In this document: positions 1 to 8,957 of the stretch, one piece after another
Layout of the letters: each line of letters starts with the position of its first letter
How positions within the stretch are numbered: the stretch's first letter is position 1
Assembly (NCBI GenBank): GCA_030704845.1
Contig: JAUYKZ010000001.1
Coordinates: forward strand, 621-64,620
Source: an archaeon
GTDB taxonomy: Archaea; Nanobdellota; Nanobdellia; Woesearchaeales; GW2011-AR9
DNA: 64,000 nt
Direction of reading: 5' to 3'
The notes under the pieces: generated by a model
Told to the model about the DNA's origin: nothing
What the model saw: the letters and a program-made list of their open reading frames with translations, nothing else
Databases searched by the model: none
Made by a program: the position numbers and the translations under genes

Positions 1-2
1 AA

Positions 3-785
3 GTTAAAAACATTCCAAAACTAAATAATCCGCTTTTCATTGAAGGACTTCCGGGCATAGGAAATGTTGGCAAAATAGCCGTAGATTTTATTATTGAAGA
101 ATTAAAAGCCGTAAAATTATATTCTTTTTTCTCGCACAAATTTCCTCATTCGGTTTTTGTGAATGAAGATAATTTAGTTGACATGCCTAAACTAGAGATT
201 TACTATAAAAAATCTAATGGAAAAAATAAAAAAAGAGATCTGATTTTATTAACTGGCGATATTCAACCAATTGATGAAGAAAGTTCTTATAACTTCTCTG
301 AAGAAATTCTGGGATTGTTAAAACTCCATAAATGTAATGAAATGGTTACGGTTGGCGGAATTGGTTTACAACAAATTCCAGAAGAACCAAAAGTTTATTG
401 TGCCGGAAATTCAGCAAGTCTCTATAAATCGTTTGTTAAGAAAGGGTCGGGAGTTGAGAAAAATATTTTCGGGGTAGTTGGTCCAATTATCGGCGTTTCT
501 GGAGTATTACTTGGATTGGGTCAAAAAAGAGGCATTTCAGGAGTAGCTCTTTTAGCGGAAACATTTGGTCATCCAATGTATCTAGGAATAAAAGGTGGGC
601 AAGAAGTGTTATCTGTACTTGAAAGAAGGTATCATTTTGGAATTAATCTTAAAAAATTAAATAAAGAAATTCTGGAAGTAGAAAAAGAACTGATTAAAAA
701 AACTAAAGAATGGACTTCAGAAGTTATAACTCATTCAGGAGCTGGCGCAAAACCCAAAAATGAAGAAGCAAGTTATATTGGATAG
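3..785 (+). CDS. PAC2-family proteasome assembly chaperone (5'-truncated at window edge)
   Basis: The frame stays open upstream of 159 and reads FIEGLPGIGNVGKIAVDF. It also has the TVGG and GPIIGVSGVLLG motifs of archaeal PAC2 proteins. Confidence 0.85.
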   Translation, partial: VKNIPKLNNPLFIEGLPGIGNVGKIAVDFIIEELKAVKLYSFFSHKFPHSVFVNEDNLVDMPKLEIYYKKSNGKNKKRDLILLTGDIQPIDEESSYNFSEEILGLLKLHKCNEMVTVGGIGLQQIPEEPKVYCAGNSASLYKSFVKKGSGVEKNIFGVVGPIIGVSGVLLGLGQKRGISGVALLAETFGHPMYLGIKGGQEVLSVLERRYHFGINLKKLNKEILEVEKELIKKTKEWTSEVITHSGAGAKPKNEEASYIG

Positions 786-990
786 GTTTTCTAGATATTC
801 ATTAATCTTCATTAATTTAATTGTAGCTAATTCTTAAGTTAAATAATTCAATTCAGGTTAAATGCAATCTTTTTTAACAAAATCATATTCCTATTTTTCA
901 AAAAGTTAAATAAAATATTATTAAAAATCTTGCTAAGTTTTACTCGTGATTGGGCATAATATTTATAAAGCATTAAGCTATTCTAAAACC

Positions 991-2997
991 ATGCGTAAAA
1001 AGAGGTGTAATGTAGGTGAAGCTAGAGCTCTTTCTCTTAGAATTAACCCCGCAAAAAAAGGCCAGGTAACAATCTTTATCATACTTGGAATTCTTCTTGT
1101 TTTGGTTGCGATTCTTTACATTGCATTTCAAACTGAGATTGTAACTTTAACTCCTTCAGATATTATTCCAACTCAGAAAGGTAAAGTTGAAACTTTCATC
1201 TCTTCCTGTATTGAAAAAGTGGGTGATCAAGCTTTATTTTTAATTGGCTTACAAGGCGGATTTATTGAAGTTCCTTCCGAAATTAAATCTGACGGAGGTT
1301 CACATCTTAAACTTTCTCAGGATAATGTTGTACCATTCTGGGCGCAAGGACCGGTAACTTTTATTCCTCCGTTATCAGATATAAAATTAAGGGTTGATCG
1401 TTATGTTGAAGAAAATGTTCGTGATTGCTTAGTTAATTCCGAAGCATTCCAGGAATCTTATAATCTTCTTGAGAAAAGCGACATCACTGCCGATACTACT
1501 CTTGGTTCAAATAACGTTCAGTTTAACATTCGGTGGAACATTGAAGTTCGTAATAAAGATGGGGAAGTCGTAGCTGAACTAATCGACCATTCTGCTGAAT
1601 CTCCAATCCATTTCAAGAGTGCTTATGATCTTGCTACTCAAATTGTTACTCAGGAAATGCAGACCTTAAAATTGGAAGATCTTACCCAAGACTTGATTTC
1701 TTTAGAAGCTCCAAATGTTCCGGTTGCGGGAATTGAAGTAAGTTGCTCCCAGAAAAAATGGAAAGTAAGTAATGTTAAATCAGCTTTGAAAGAATTAATC
1801 CGAATAAATATTGGGCAATTAAAAGTTAGCGGCACTGAATTTGTTGAATTCCCCGACGAATTACCTTACTATCAGAATCATTATGTTTGGGATGTGGGAG
1901 AAGTTCCAAAAGATGTAAGCGCAAATTTCCAATTTGAAGAAACTTATCCATTCCAATTCCAAGTAACTCCTTCTGATGGTATTTCTCTTAAAAGTGATCA
2001 ACTTGGTGGAACAAGTTTACTTTCTGCGTTATGCATTCAATCCTGGAAATTTACTTACGATGTAACTTATCCAGTTCTGATAAAAGTTCGGGATGAAACT
2101 ACTGGTTATAATTTTAATATTGCCATGACTGTCCATTTAATCAGAAATATGCCTAACCGGAATGTTCCGTTACAAGCTCGCCCTTCATCTTCATTAGGAT
2201 TCCTTGATGATGAAGCGTTCTGTCAAAACAGAAGAATTCCGATGACTGTTGTTACGAATGAATTGGTGGAAAACAATTATGGTGTATATTTCACAGAACC
2301 TTTAGATGATGTAGATATCAGTTACACTTGCTTGAAATATCAATGTGAATATGATAAAACCGATCTTAACTTTGCTGAAAGAGGATATCAATCAGGATTC
2401 ACCACAAATTTCCCATATTGTGTTGGCGCAATTATGAGGGGAGAAAAAGAAGGATATAAAGAAGATTGGAAACGGGTAGTTACTCAATCAGGAGAAATTG
2501 TTGAATTAAATTTAGTTCCATTATATGACGTTCCTGCATCAAAGATTAAAGTTATCCAACATGAAGTTCGGGGAGATACTGTTCTTCCGGGAACTTCGCT
2601 TAATGAAGATTTAGCTGGTTCAATTCGAATTGCCTTTAGTAAACCGGGCAGTTTAACTCAAAATCAACAGATACCACCTCAGTTAAGACAACCATACCAC
2701 GAATCTAGAATTGGAATCTCTAAAGATATCGATCCTTCATTTGGCGATCGAGAGAAATTATCATTTTTAGCAAAAGCTGATTTCACTTATGAAGTTGACA
2801 TTCAACTTCTTGAAGGCGAAAAATTTGTTGGTGGCTATAAAGCTAATTGGACTGCTGATTGGTCAGCTTTAGAAAATGCGGAAGAAATTACATTTCATAT
2901 AGTTAATCTGAGAAATCCAAGTAATGAAGAAAGTTTCGAATTACTGCTCAACTTAGGCGAATTAAGTGCACAAGTACCTAAGCCGGAGATTAAATAA
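991..2997 (+). CDS. Large secreted/surface protein with class III (type IV pilin-like) signal peptide
   Basis: KKGQVTIFIILGILLVLVAILYIAF matches the class III pattern. TTTATAAA at 962-969 supports the ATG at 991 rather than the GTG at 946. Several Cys. Confidence 0.75.
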   Translation: MRKKRCNVGEARALSLRINPAKKGQVTIFIILGILLVLVAILYIAFQTEIVTLTPSDIIPTQKGKVETFISSCIEKVGDQALFLIGLQGGFIEVPSEIKSDGGSHLKLSQDNVVPFWAQGPVTFIPPLSDIKLRVDRYVEENVRDCLVNSEAFQESYNLLEKSDITADTTLGSNNVQFNIRWNIEVRNKDGEVVAELIDHSAESPIHFKSAYDLATQIVTQEMQTLKLEDLTQDLISLEAPNVPVAGIEVSCSQKKWKVSNVKSALKELIRINIGQLKVSGTEFVEFPDELPYYQNHYVWDVGEVPKDVSANFQFEETYPFQFQVTPSDGISLKSDQLGGTSLLSALCIQSWKFTYDVTYPVLIKVRDETTGYNFNIAMTVHLIRNMPNRNVPLQARPSSSLGFLDDEAFCQNRRIPMTVVTNELVENNYGVYFTEPLDDVDISYTCLKYQCEYDKTDLNFAERGYQSGFTTNFPYCVGAIMRGEKEGYKEDWKRVVTQSGEIVELNLVPLYDVPASKIKVIQHEVRGDTVLPGTSLNEDLAGSIRIAFSKPGSLTQNQQIPPQLRQPYHESRIGISKDIDPSFGDREKLSFLAKADFTYEVDIQLLEGEKFVGGYKANWTADWSALENAEEITFHIVNLRNPSNEESFELLLNLGELSAQVPKPEIK

Positions 2998-3049
2998 GAA
3001 AAGATAAGTAGCTCAAATACTTCAACGTAACAAAAAAAGGAAAAGATAG

Positions 3050-6000
3050 ATGAAAACGACAAAAGGAAGATGGATGCGAATATTTTCTTTACTAGTTATC
3101 ATTCTATTTGTAAATCTTCCAATTGTTTCCGCCCTTGAGATATCAAATGTAAGGGCGGATAGTATCACCGAAACAAGTGCAGTCGTTAACTGGGAAACAG
3201 ATAGTAACGCTGACTCTTTTGTGAATTATGGACAAAGTAAAGACAATTTGGTATCAATTGGTGACGCATCCCAATTAATGAGTCATGCTCTTCCATTATC
3301 TGGCTTATCTTCAGATACAACTTATTATTTCTCAGTTGAAAGTAATAGTTTTGTAAGCGATAATGGTGGCGACTTATATTCTTTCAAGACGGCTGCTCCA
3401 GATACTGAAGCACCTCAAATTACTGCTGTCATTCCTGAATTTATTCAAGGAAGTAGATTAGATATAACTGGAAATGTCGAAACTGGTTCTCAGGTAAGAC
3501 TTTTCGTTAATGGTATTTTCTTACAAACGGCAAGTTCAGTTGCAGGCAAATTTACATTTCAAGGTGTATTATTAAAAGCAGATCAAGAAAATATTATTTC
3601 TCTTGAAGCAACTGATCCAGCTGGCAATTCTATGTCATTATCTGGAACCGTGTTTGCTGATACTTCTGCTCCTAAAATTACTCTCCCAGTAATCCCTGAA
3701 TTTAGTGATAGTAATTCATTTCAGTTGAAAGCCTCTTTATCTGAGAATTCCATGATTGAGATATTTAACGGTGATAAATCGGTTTCAAAAACTGAAGGAA
3801 CGTTAATCGATGTTACGATCTCTTTACAAGAAGGAGAAAATAATATCAAAATAGTTGTTTCTGATAAAGCTGGTTGGACTGCTGAAGAAAATTTTACGAT
3901 ACTCTCCGATACGAAACCGCCAACGATCACTTTCGATTTAACTAAAGGCACAGAATATTATGAAGGAAGAGCCGAAACGGATGTAACTGGTAAAACTGAA
4001 GCTGGCGCTAGTGTTTATCTTTACGTGTTTAGATCTTTCGGTGATGAATATAAAGCAGATTTCAAAAGAGCTTATGCGAAAACTATCGCTGACGAAAATG
4101 GCGAATTTAAATTCAGTGAGGTAAGTTTTCCTCCGCCTCCTTTTACAAGTATAACTGAACTTGCTCCAAGAGAAGTTCCAGCAGGATTACAAGAAGTATT
4201 AATTTCTCCTCTCGGTCTTATCGGGAATGAACAACGGAAAGGGTATAAAGTTTATTTGGTTGCGGAAGACAAATCAGGTAAAACTGCTTACGCTCAAAAA
4301 CAAATTAACATCAATACTTGTTTCTCGGCTGCAAGTGATTTCATTATTGATGAACAGATTCAGTTCCATGCTCCATTTAGGTTAGATCCGTCTTTAATGG
4401 AAGAAGGAAGAGAAGCAATTCAAGCTGTGTTTAATTTAAGTTACCGCGGAGATGCAATTGCTCCAATTAATACGGCTACAAATCAACCACAGGAAGCGTT
4501 CAGGATTCAAAGCGTAACATTCCAGAAAGCATGTACTCAAGCTATGTTGGATGAAGACGAATTTAAGTACGGATGTCAATTGTTGCCATCTTCATTAAGA
4601 TATCAAGCAAATGGAGATAAATCTGCTTATTATGTCACAGCTAATCTTAATCGAGCTTTAGATTTTATAGATAAGGAAGATAACGTTTGGGATGATTTCC
4701 AAAAACGTGAATTAAAAATGCCGGTGAAAGTAATTGTTAATTACCAAGAACGTGATGCTCAAGGTGGTTGGGAGCAACAGAAAACTCAAACTTCTTGTTA
4801 CGATTTAGGATATTTTGTTGATGTCCCAATAGAAAGTGAAAATTTAATCCCTGACTTTTTAGCAGAAGAAGGAGTAGATGCGCTTAATTTTACTATTGAA
4901 CAAATTGAAAATGTTAAACCTTACTTAAAAACAGCAATGATTGTTTCTGGTGTAAGTTGTATCGGTTCATTCTTGGTAAAACTAATTGCAAGATTATATA
5001 GAAATTTCATGGCAAACTTTGAACCTTGGTTAACTAGGATAAAAGGGGAAGATGAAAGATGTCCAAATATAGCTGGTCAAAATAAATTATATCTCGATAG
5101 CACAATTCAGCAATGGCAGGATTTGAAAAATCATCCTGAAGCAAATGGAAAAAGTGGTATTCCTGATTTAGATGCTGAAAAAAATTCTCTTAGTAAAAGA
5201 TGTCCGCAAACAGCAAGTGCGTGGGAAGTTGAGACTTATATCGATTTAGCGTATAGATTTACTTGTGACAGATTCTTCTGTAGATCTGTTCCAGCTGCTT
5301 GGACATCTAAAGAAACTGATGAAAAAATTCAAGGTGTTATCGCTGAACAAACCATGTGTACAGCTACCACTACCTGTTCATTCCTTGAACCAGTTGAGAA
5401 TTGCCAAGAGAAGTTGAAAACAAGTGTAGCTAACACCGAAAGAGCAAGAATATTGGAACAGGAAGGAAAATCTTTCACTTGTTATCTTAACAGACAGAAC
5501 GGATTATATTACACTGTTGAAGGAGATCCTCTACAAGAAGAACGGTTCATCTGGAAATTAGTCCCTGAAGAAACAATTAATAGTATTGGAACATTATCAC
5601 AACCAAATCTTCTTGCTTACAAACCAGAAGGATCACAGAACTTCTGTATCGCAACTGATTTAAGTTGTTCTAGTGCATGTAAACGAAAGAGTGGATATCA
5701 AGCGGTAACGGATGGATATACTTTAGAAAAACAAGGAGATAAAGTTGTTGTTGCAGGAAACGGCGGAGCTTGTTACCGTGAAGATCCAAAGGGGGATAGT
5801 ACAGTTCTAAGGAATGCTGGCGAAAATACTCTTCGTGATGCTGGCGGAGATAAAGTTGCTTTCGGATATACTAACGATTGTTTCGTTCAAGATCAGCCTG
5901 AACAATTATATCAATGTGTTTGTGAACCATCGAAAGCACAAGCTGGAGTTTCATTGAAAGGAGCAAGGGAAGCAGTTCGTGAAGTGAATGGTCAGACTGA

Positions 6001-8389
6001 AGAATGGGTATTCCGTCAAGATAGAGTTTATGCTGAATCAAAAGCAACAGCAGGAACGCATTACTCTAAAGATAGATATTATAGTGGAAGAGATTTCAGT
6101 GGAGCATTCGGAACAAATTATGCTCTTGATGCATTCAAGACTGAAGATTTTAGTACGGCAAGAGTCGATCCACATAACCAATTACTTGGAACTTTCCAAA
6201 GTATGTGTCTTCCTGGAATTTATGCAAGATTACAATTATTGCAAAGCATTTTGATGGGACTTAGAAATTGTATCATTGAAGCAAAATATACTGGATTCCA
6301 TGATGCAGGTATGTGTAAAACATTATTCACTCAATATGTCTGTGGTTTAATTTACAAAACAATATCTTATGCGGCAAGTAGTTGTTCACCACTTTCCTTG
6401 AAAGATGTTGGTGAAGATGATCAATTAAGTGCTATCGAAGCAGCTTTAGGTGCCGGTTCGAAAGCAATTCCTGCAACTTTAGATTCATCAATCCAAGAAG
6501 TGAAATCAGATTATGGAAATTCTGCATTAGATCAATATTTTGCATCCGGCAGTCAAGGATTTGCTGAATCGTTATGTTTAGCTGCGTTCGGTTATGACTT
6601 CCCTCTGGGCATGGACTTTATTCAAGATGCTGCTTACGCTTTCCCGACGGCGACAAATGTAATATTCCCAATTGCTGAAAGAGAATTGGCTACATTTGAT
6701 CCGGTGAAAGGAAGCGCGGTGTTCAATTATAATTTAGGTGGTACGATTCTTCCAGGTTGTAAAATTCAAAGTTATAGGACATCATTGAAATGTATCGGTC
6801 CAAATGATTTAGGTAAAGCTGGTGTTGATTGTTCCCAACAAAGTTGTGATTGTTTACAATCAACGGGAGATGTAACTGCCTTTGAAACTCAGAAATCATA
6901 TGTAATCCAAGGTGGAACTGGCGTGGGTGGTATTACTAAAGGACAGATGGTTGATCTTCCAATTCCATCGCCACAAAAAGTAACTAGTCCATTCAGGTAT
7001 GATCACGTGGTACTTGAATTAACTTTAGCTCAAGGAGAAAGTCCAGATACATGTTTCGATGAACAATATAGAACCGGTAACGGCGGAATTTTCTATTTCC
7101 CAATTCAAGATACTTCTCCTCCATTCGCGGTATCATGTCATGTGAACCTGAATAATGGTAAATTTGAATGTCCACAAATCAGTGCATTCTTTGGTGGAGG
7201 ACAAAGTTACTTCGAATACCCATTCATGCGTTGTGCGGATGCAAAGACGGGAGATTTCGTATCTTGTGATCAACCAAATCTTTTCATTAACAATGATCCA
7301 CAGAGAGATCAGATTGTGATTAAACCTTACTTAAATCTAGGAAACGAGAAAGCTTGTTTAAGAATTGAAGATGAAAGAAATTTAATTCAGCCGAGAATTA
7401 TTCCTCTTCCGGATGGTCTGCAAGGTCAGTATTCGCCGGTAATCACGTTAGGTCCAGTTACTGAGAATATGGTTTCTGGTGGTAGCGCAGCAACAATCAC
7501 CAAGAATACTGTGTTAAGCGATTCTGGGTGTGGTGGATTCCAGAACGGTGATTTGAATGTAATTACTCGTTCAGAAAAATCTGTAGCTAATACTAATTTA
7601 GAATTTAAATATGAAAGAAATGTTGAAGGATTGTATAAACTGGAAATTGGAACAACGGGAGTAACGTTAGATCCTGCTAGTAATAATAACAGATTTTTAG
7701 TAAATCAAAATAATGTTTGGAAAGGTGAAAAACAATTCATGACATTCCAAGAAGCTAACGAAGCAATTTTCTCTTATGAAGGATTTAGGTTCAGCAATGT
7801 ACTCGGTCAACCTATACCTAAAGTTGGTTCTGGTGGAAGTTGTATTTATCAAGCTCAATTCCCCAGATCGAATGTTGGACAAACTCAAGGCGGATTAAGA
7901 GTTACTGCTAAATTACTTCAAGCAGTTGGAGATAATTGTTATGAAGCAACTCAATTAATACCTAAATCTGATCTTGGTGTAAATCTCCACACTGAAAATA
8001 TTAGAATCCAACTTGAACCGGTTGAAGTTACGGTTGGTAAAAATCTTGCAGAAGATTTCTTTAACAGGAATTATGAAATTGTTTTAAGTAAAGCGGAAGC
8101 TATCGCTAAAAGAAAATCAGGTTCTTTAGAAGATGCGGAAGCTCTTTATTATTGGGTGTTGAGTTATGTTGCTCAGAAAGATGGCACAACTAAATATAAG
8201 GAGAATATAATCAGTTTACTTGATTTATTCTTCAAACGGGAAAGTAATCAAGGTAAAAGTGATCCTTACACGGAAGATGTTGTGAAGACCGGGGAGTATC
8301 AAATTGTTGAAAAGAATTTATGTTGTGTTGCAAAGAAGATTGGTACTGATAACAACTATGGTGTCTGTGAAGGGGTAGATTGTAAATAA
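3050..8389 (+). CDS. Giant (1779 aa) surface protein: signal peptide, Fn3-like domain, Ig-like repeats, Cys-rich regions, C-terminal TPR-like helices
   Basis: Signal peptide ends IVSA. Fn3-like LEISNVRADSITETSAVVNWETD. Ig-like units end in TDPAGN, SDKAGW and EDKSGK. Many Cys and an internal hydrophobic helix AMIVSGVSCIGSFLVKLIARLY. Confidence 0.75.
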   Translation: MKTTKGRWMRIFSLLVIILFVNLPIVSALEISNVRADSITETSAVVNWETDSNADSFVNYGQSKDNLVSIGDASQLMSHALPLSGLSSDTTYYFSVESNSFVSDNGGDLYSFKTAAPDTEAPQITAVIPEFIQGSRLDITGNVETGSQVRLFVNGIFLQTASSVAGKFTFQGVLLKADQENIISLEATDPAGNSMSLSGTVFADTSAPKITLPVIPEFSDSNSFQLKASLSENSMIEIFNGDKSVSKTEGTLIDVTISLQEGENNIKIVVSDKAGWTAEENFTILSDTKPPTITFDLTKGTEYYEGRAETDVTGKTEAGASVYLYVFRSFGDEYKADFKRAYAKTIADENGEFKFSEVSFPPPPFTSITELAPREVPAGLQEVLISPLGLIGNEQRKGYKVYLVAEDKSGKTAYAQKQININTCFSAASDFIIDEQIQFHAPFRLDPSLMEEGREAIQAVFNLSYRGDAIAPINTATNQPQEAFRIQSVTFQKACTQAMLDEDEFKYGCQLLPSSLRYQANGDKSAYYVTANLNRALDFIDKEDNVWDDFQKRELKMPVKVIVNYQERDAQGGWEQQKTQTSCYDLGYFVDVPIESENLIPDFLAEEGVDALNFTIEQIENVKPYLKTAMIVSGVSCIGSFLVKLIARLYRNFMANFEPWLTRIKGEDERCPNIAGQNKLYLDSTIQQWQDLKNHPEANGKSGIPDLDAEKNSLSKRCPQTASAWEVETYIDLAYRFTCDRFFCRSVPAAWTSKETDEKIQGVIAEQTMCTATTTCSFLEPVENCQEKLKTSVANTERARILEQEGKSFTCYLNRQNGLYYTVEGDPLQEERFIWKLVPEETINSIGTLSQPNLLAYKPEGSQNFCIATDLSCSSACKRKSGYQAVTDGYTLEKQGDKVVVAGNGGACYREDPKGDSTVLRNAGENTLRDAGGDKVAFGYTNDCFVQDQPEQLYQCVCEPSKAQAGVSLKGAREAVREVNGQTEEWVFRQDRVYAESKATAGTHYSKDRYYSGRDFSGAFGTNYALDAFKTEDFSTARVDPHNQLLGTFQSMCLPGIYARLQLLQSILMGLRNCIIEAKYTGFHDAGMCKTLFTQYVCGLIYKTISYAASSCSPLSLKDVGEDDQLSAIEAALGAGSKAIPATLDSSIQEVKSDYGNSALDQYFASGSQGFAESLCLAAFGYDFPLGMDFIQDAAYAFPTATNVIFPIAERELATFDPVKGSAVFNYNLGGTILPGCKIQSYRTSLKCIGPNDLGKAGVDCSQQSCDCLQSTGDVTAFETQKSYVIQGGTGVGGITKGQMVDLPIPSPQKVTSPFRYDHVVLELTLAQGESPDTCFDEQYRTGNGGIFYFPIQDTSPPFAVSCHVNLNNGKFECPQISAFFGGGQSYFEYPFMRCADAKTGDFVSCDQPNLFINNDPQRDQIVIKPYLNLGNEKACLRIEDERNLIQPRIIPLPDGLQGQYSPVITLGPVTENMVSGGSAATITKNTVLSDSGCGGFQNGDLNVITRSEKSVANTNLEFKYERNVEGLYKLEIGTTGVTLDPASNNNRFLVNQNNVWKGEKQFMTFQEANEAIFSYEGFRFSNVLGQPIPKVGSGGSCIYQAQFPRSNVGQTQGGLRVTAKLLQAVGDNCYEATQLIPKSDLGVNLHTENIRIQLEPVEVTVGKNLAEDFFNRNYEIVLSKAEAIAKRKSGSLEDAEALYYWVLSYVAQKDGTTKYKENIISLLDLFFKRESNQGKSDPYTEDVVKTGEYQIVEKNLCCVAKKIGTDNNYGVCEGVDCK

Positions 8390-8390
8390 A

Positions 8391-8957
8391 ATGTTGAAAC
8401 AAAAAAAAGGCGGGCTTGTAATTCAAGTTTTAGTATTGATGGTTCTGGTAGTAATTAGCAGCAGCGTTTTATTATTCCTAATTAATAAAGGCGTGATTAC
8501 TGTTAAAGAATCTGGACAAACAGAACCAATCCTTCAAGCAAATTTTTTACCAATCGCTAGAACTGGAACGGTGGCTGTTAAAGAATTTGCTTTCTGTAGT
8601 GATGTTAACGAAGATTTTGAATGTATCGGTCAGCGTTCACTGTTCCAGAAAGGAGATAAAGTTCACTTTAAGTTTGTTGTTGAAACTAATCCGTATGGGG
8701 GAGATGTCATCATTTTTCAGAATTACCGTTTAATTAATCCTAATGGGGTTATAATCTTGGAAGCTGAAGATATGAATAATTATCAGTATGATGCAAGAAG
8801 CGATAAAACATTGGAAGAAATAGTGTTTAAAGATTATATTATCACGGAAGAGAATGATATTCCTGGAACTTATAGGTTTGAATTACTTGTGAGCAATCCA
8901 TTATTAGAAAAGGATATAACTGTTACGGAGGAGTTCACTCTTGCTGGAAATGAATAA
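8391..8957 (+). CDS. Membrane-anchored, probable class III signal-peptide protein with Ig-like C-terminal domain
   Basis: KKGGLVIQVLVLMVLVVISS N-terminus and beta-rich C-terminus (PGTYRFELLVSN). Starts 1 bp after the preceding stop. Confidence 0.65.
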   Translation: MLKQKKGGLVIQVLVLMVLVVISSSVLLFLINKGVITVKESGQTEPILQANFLPIARTGTVAVKEFAFCSDVNEDFECIGQRSLFQKGDKVHFKFVVETNPYGGDVIIFQNYRLINPNGVIILEAEDMNNYQYDARSDKTLEEIVFKDYIITEENDIPGTYRFELLVSNPLLEKDITVTEEFTLAGNE

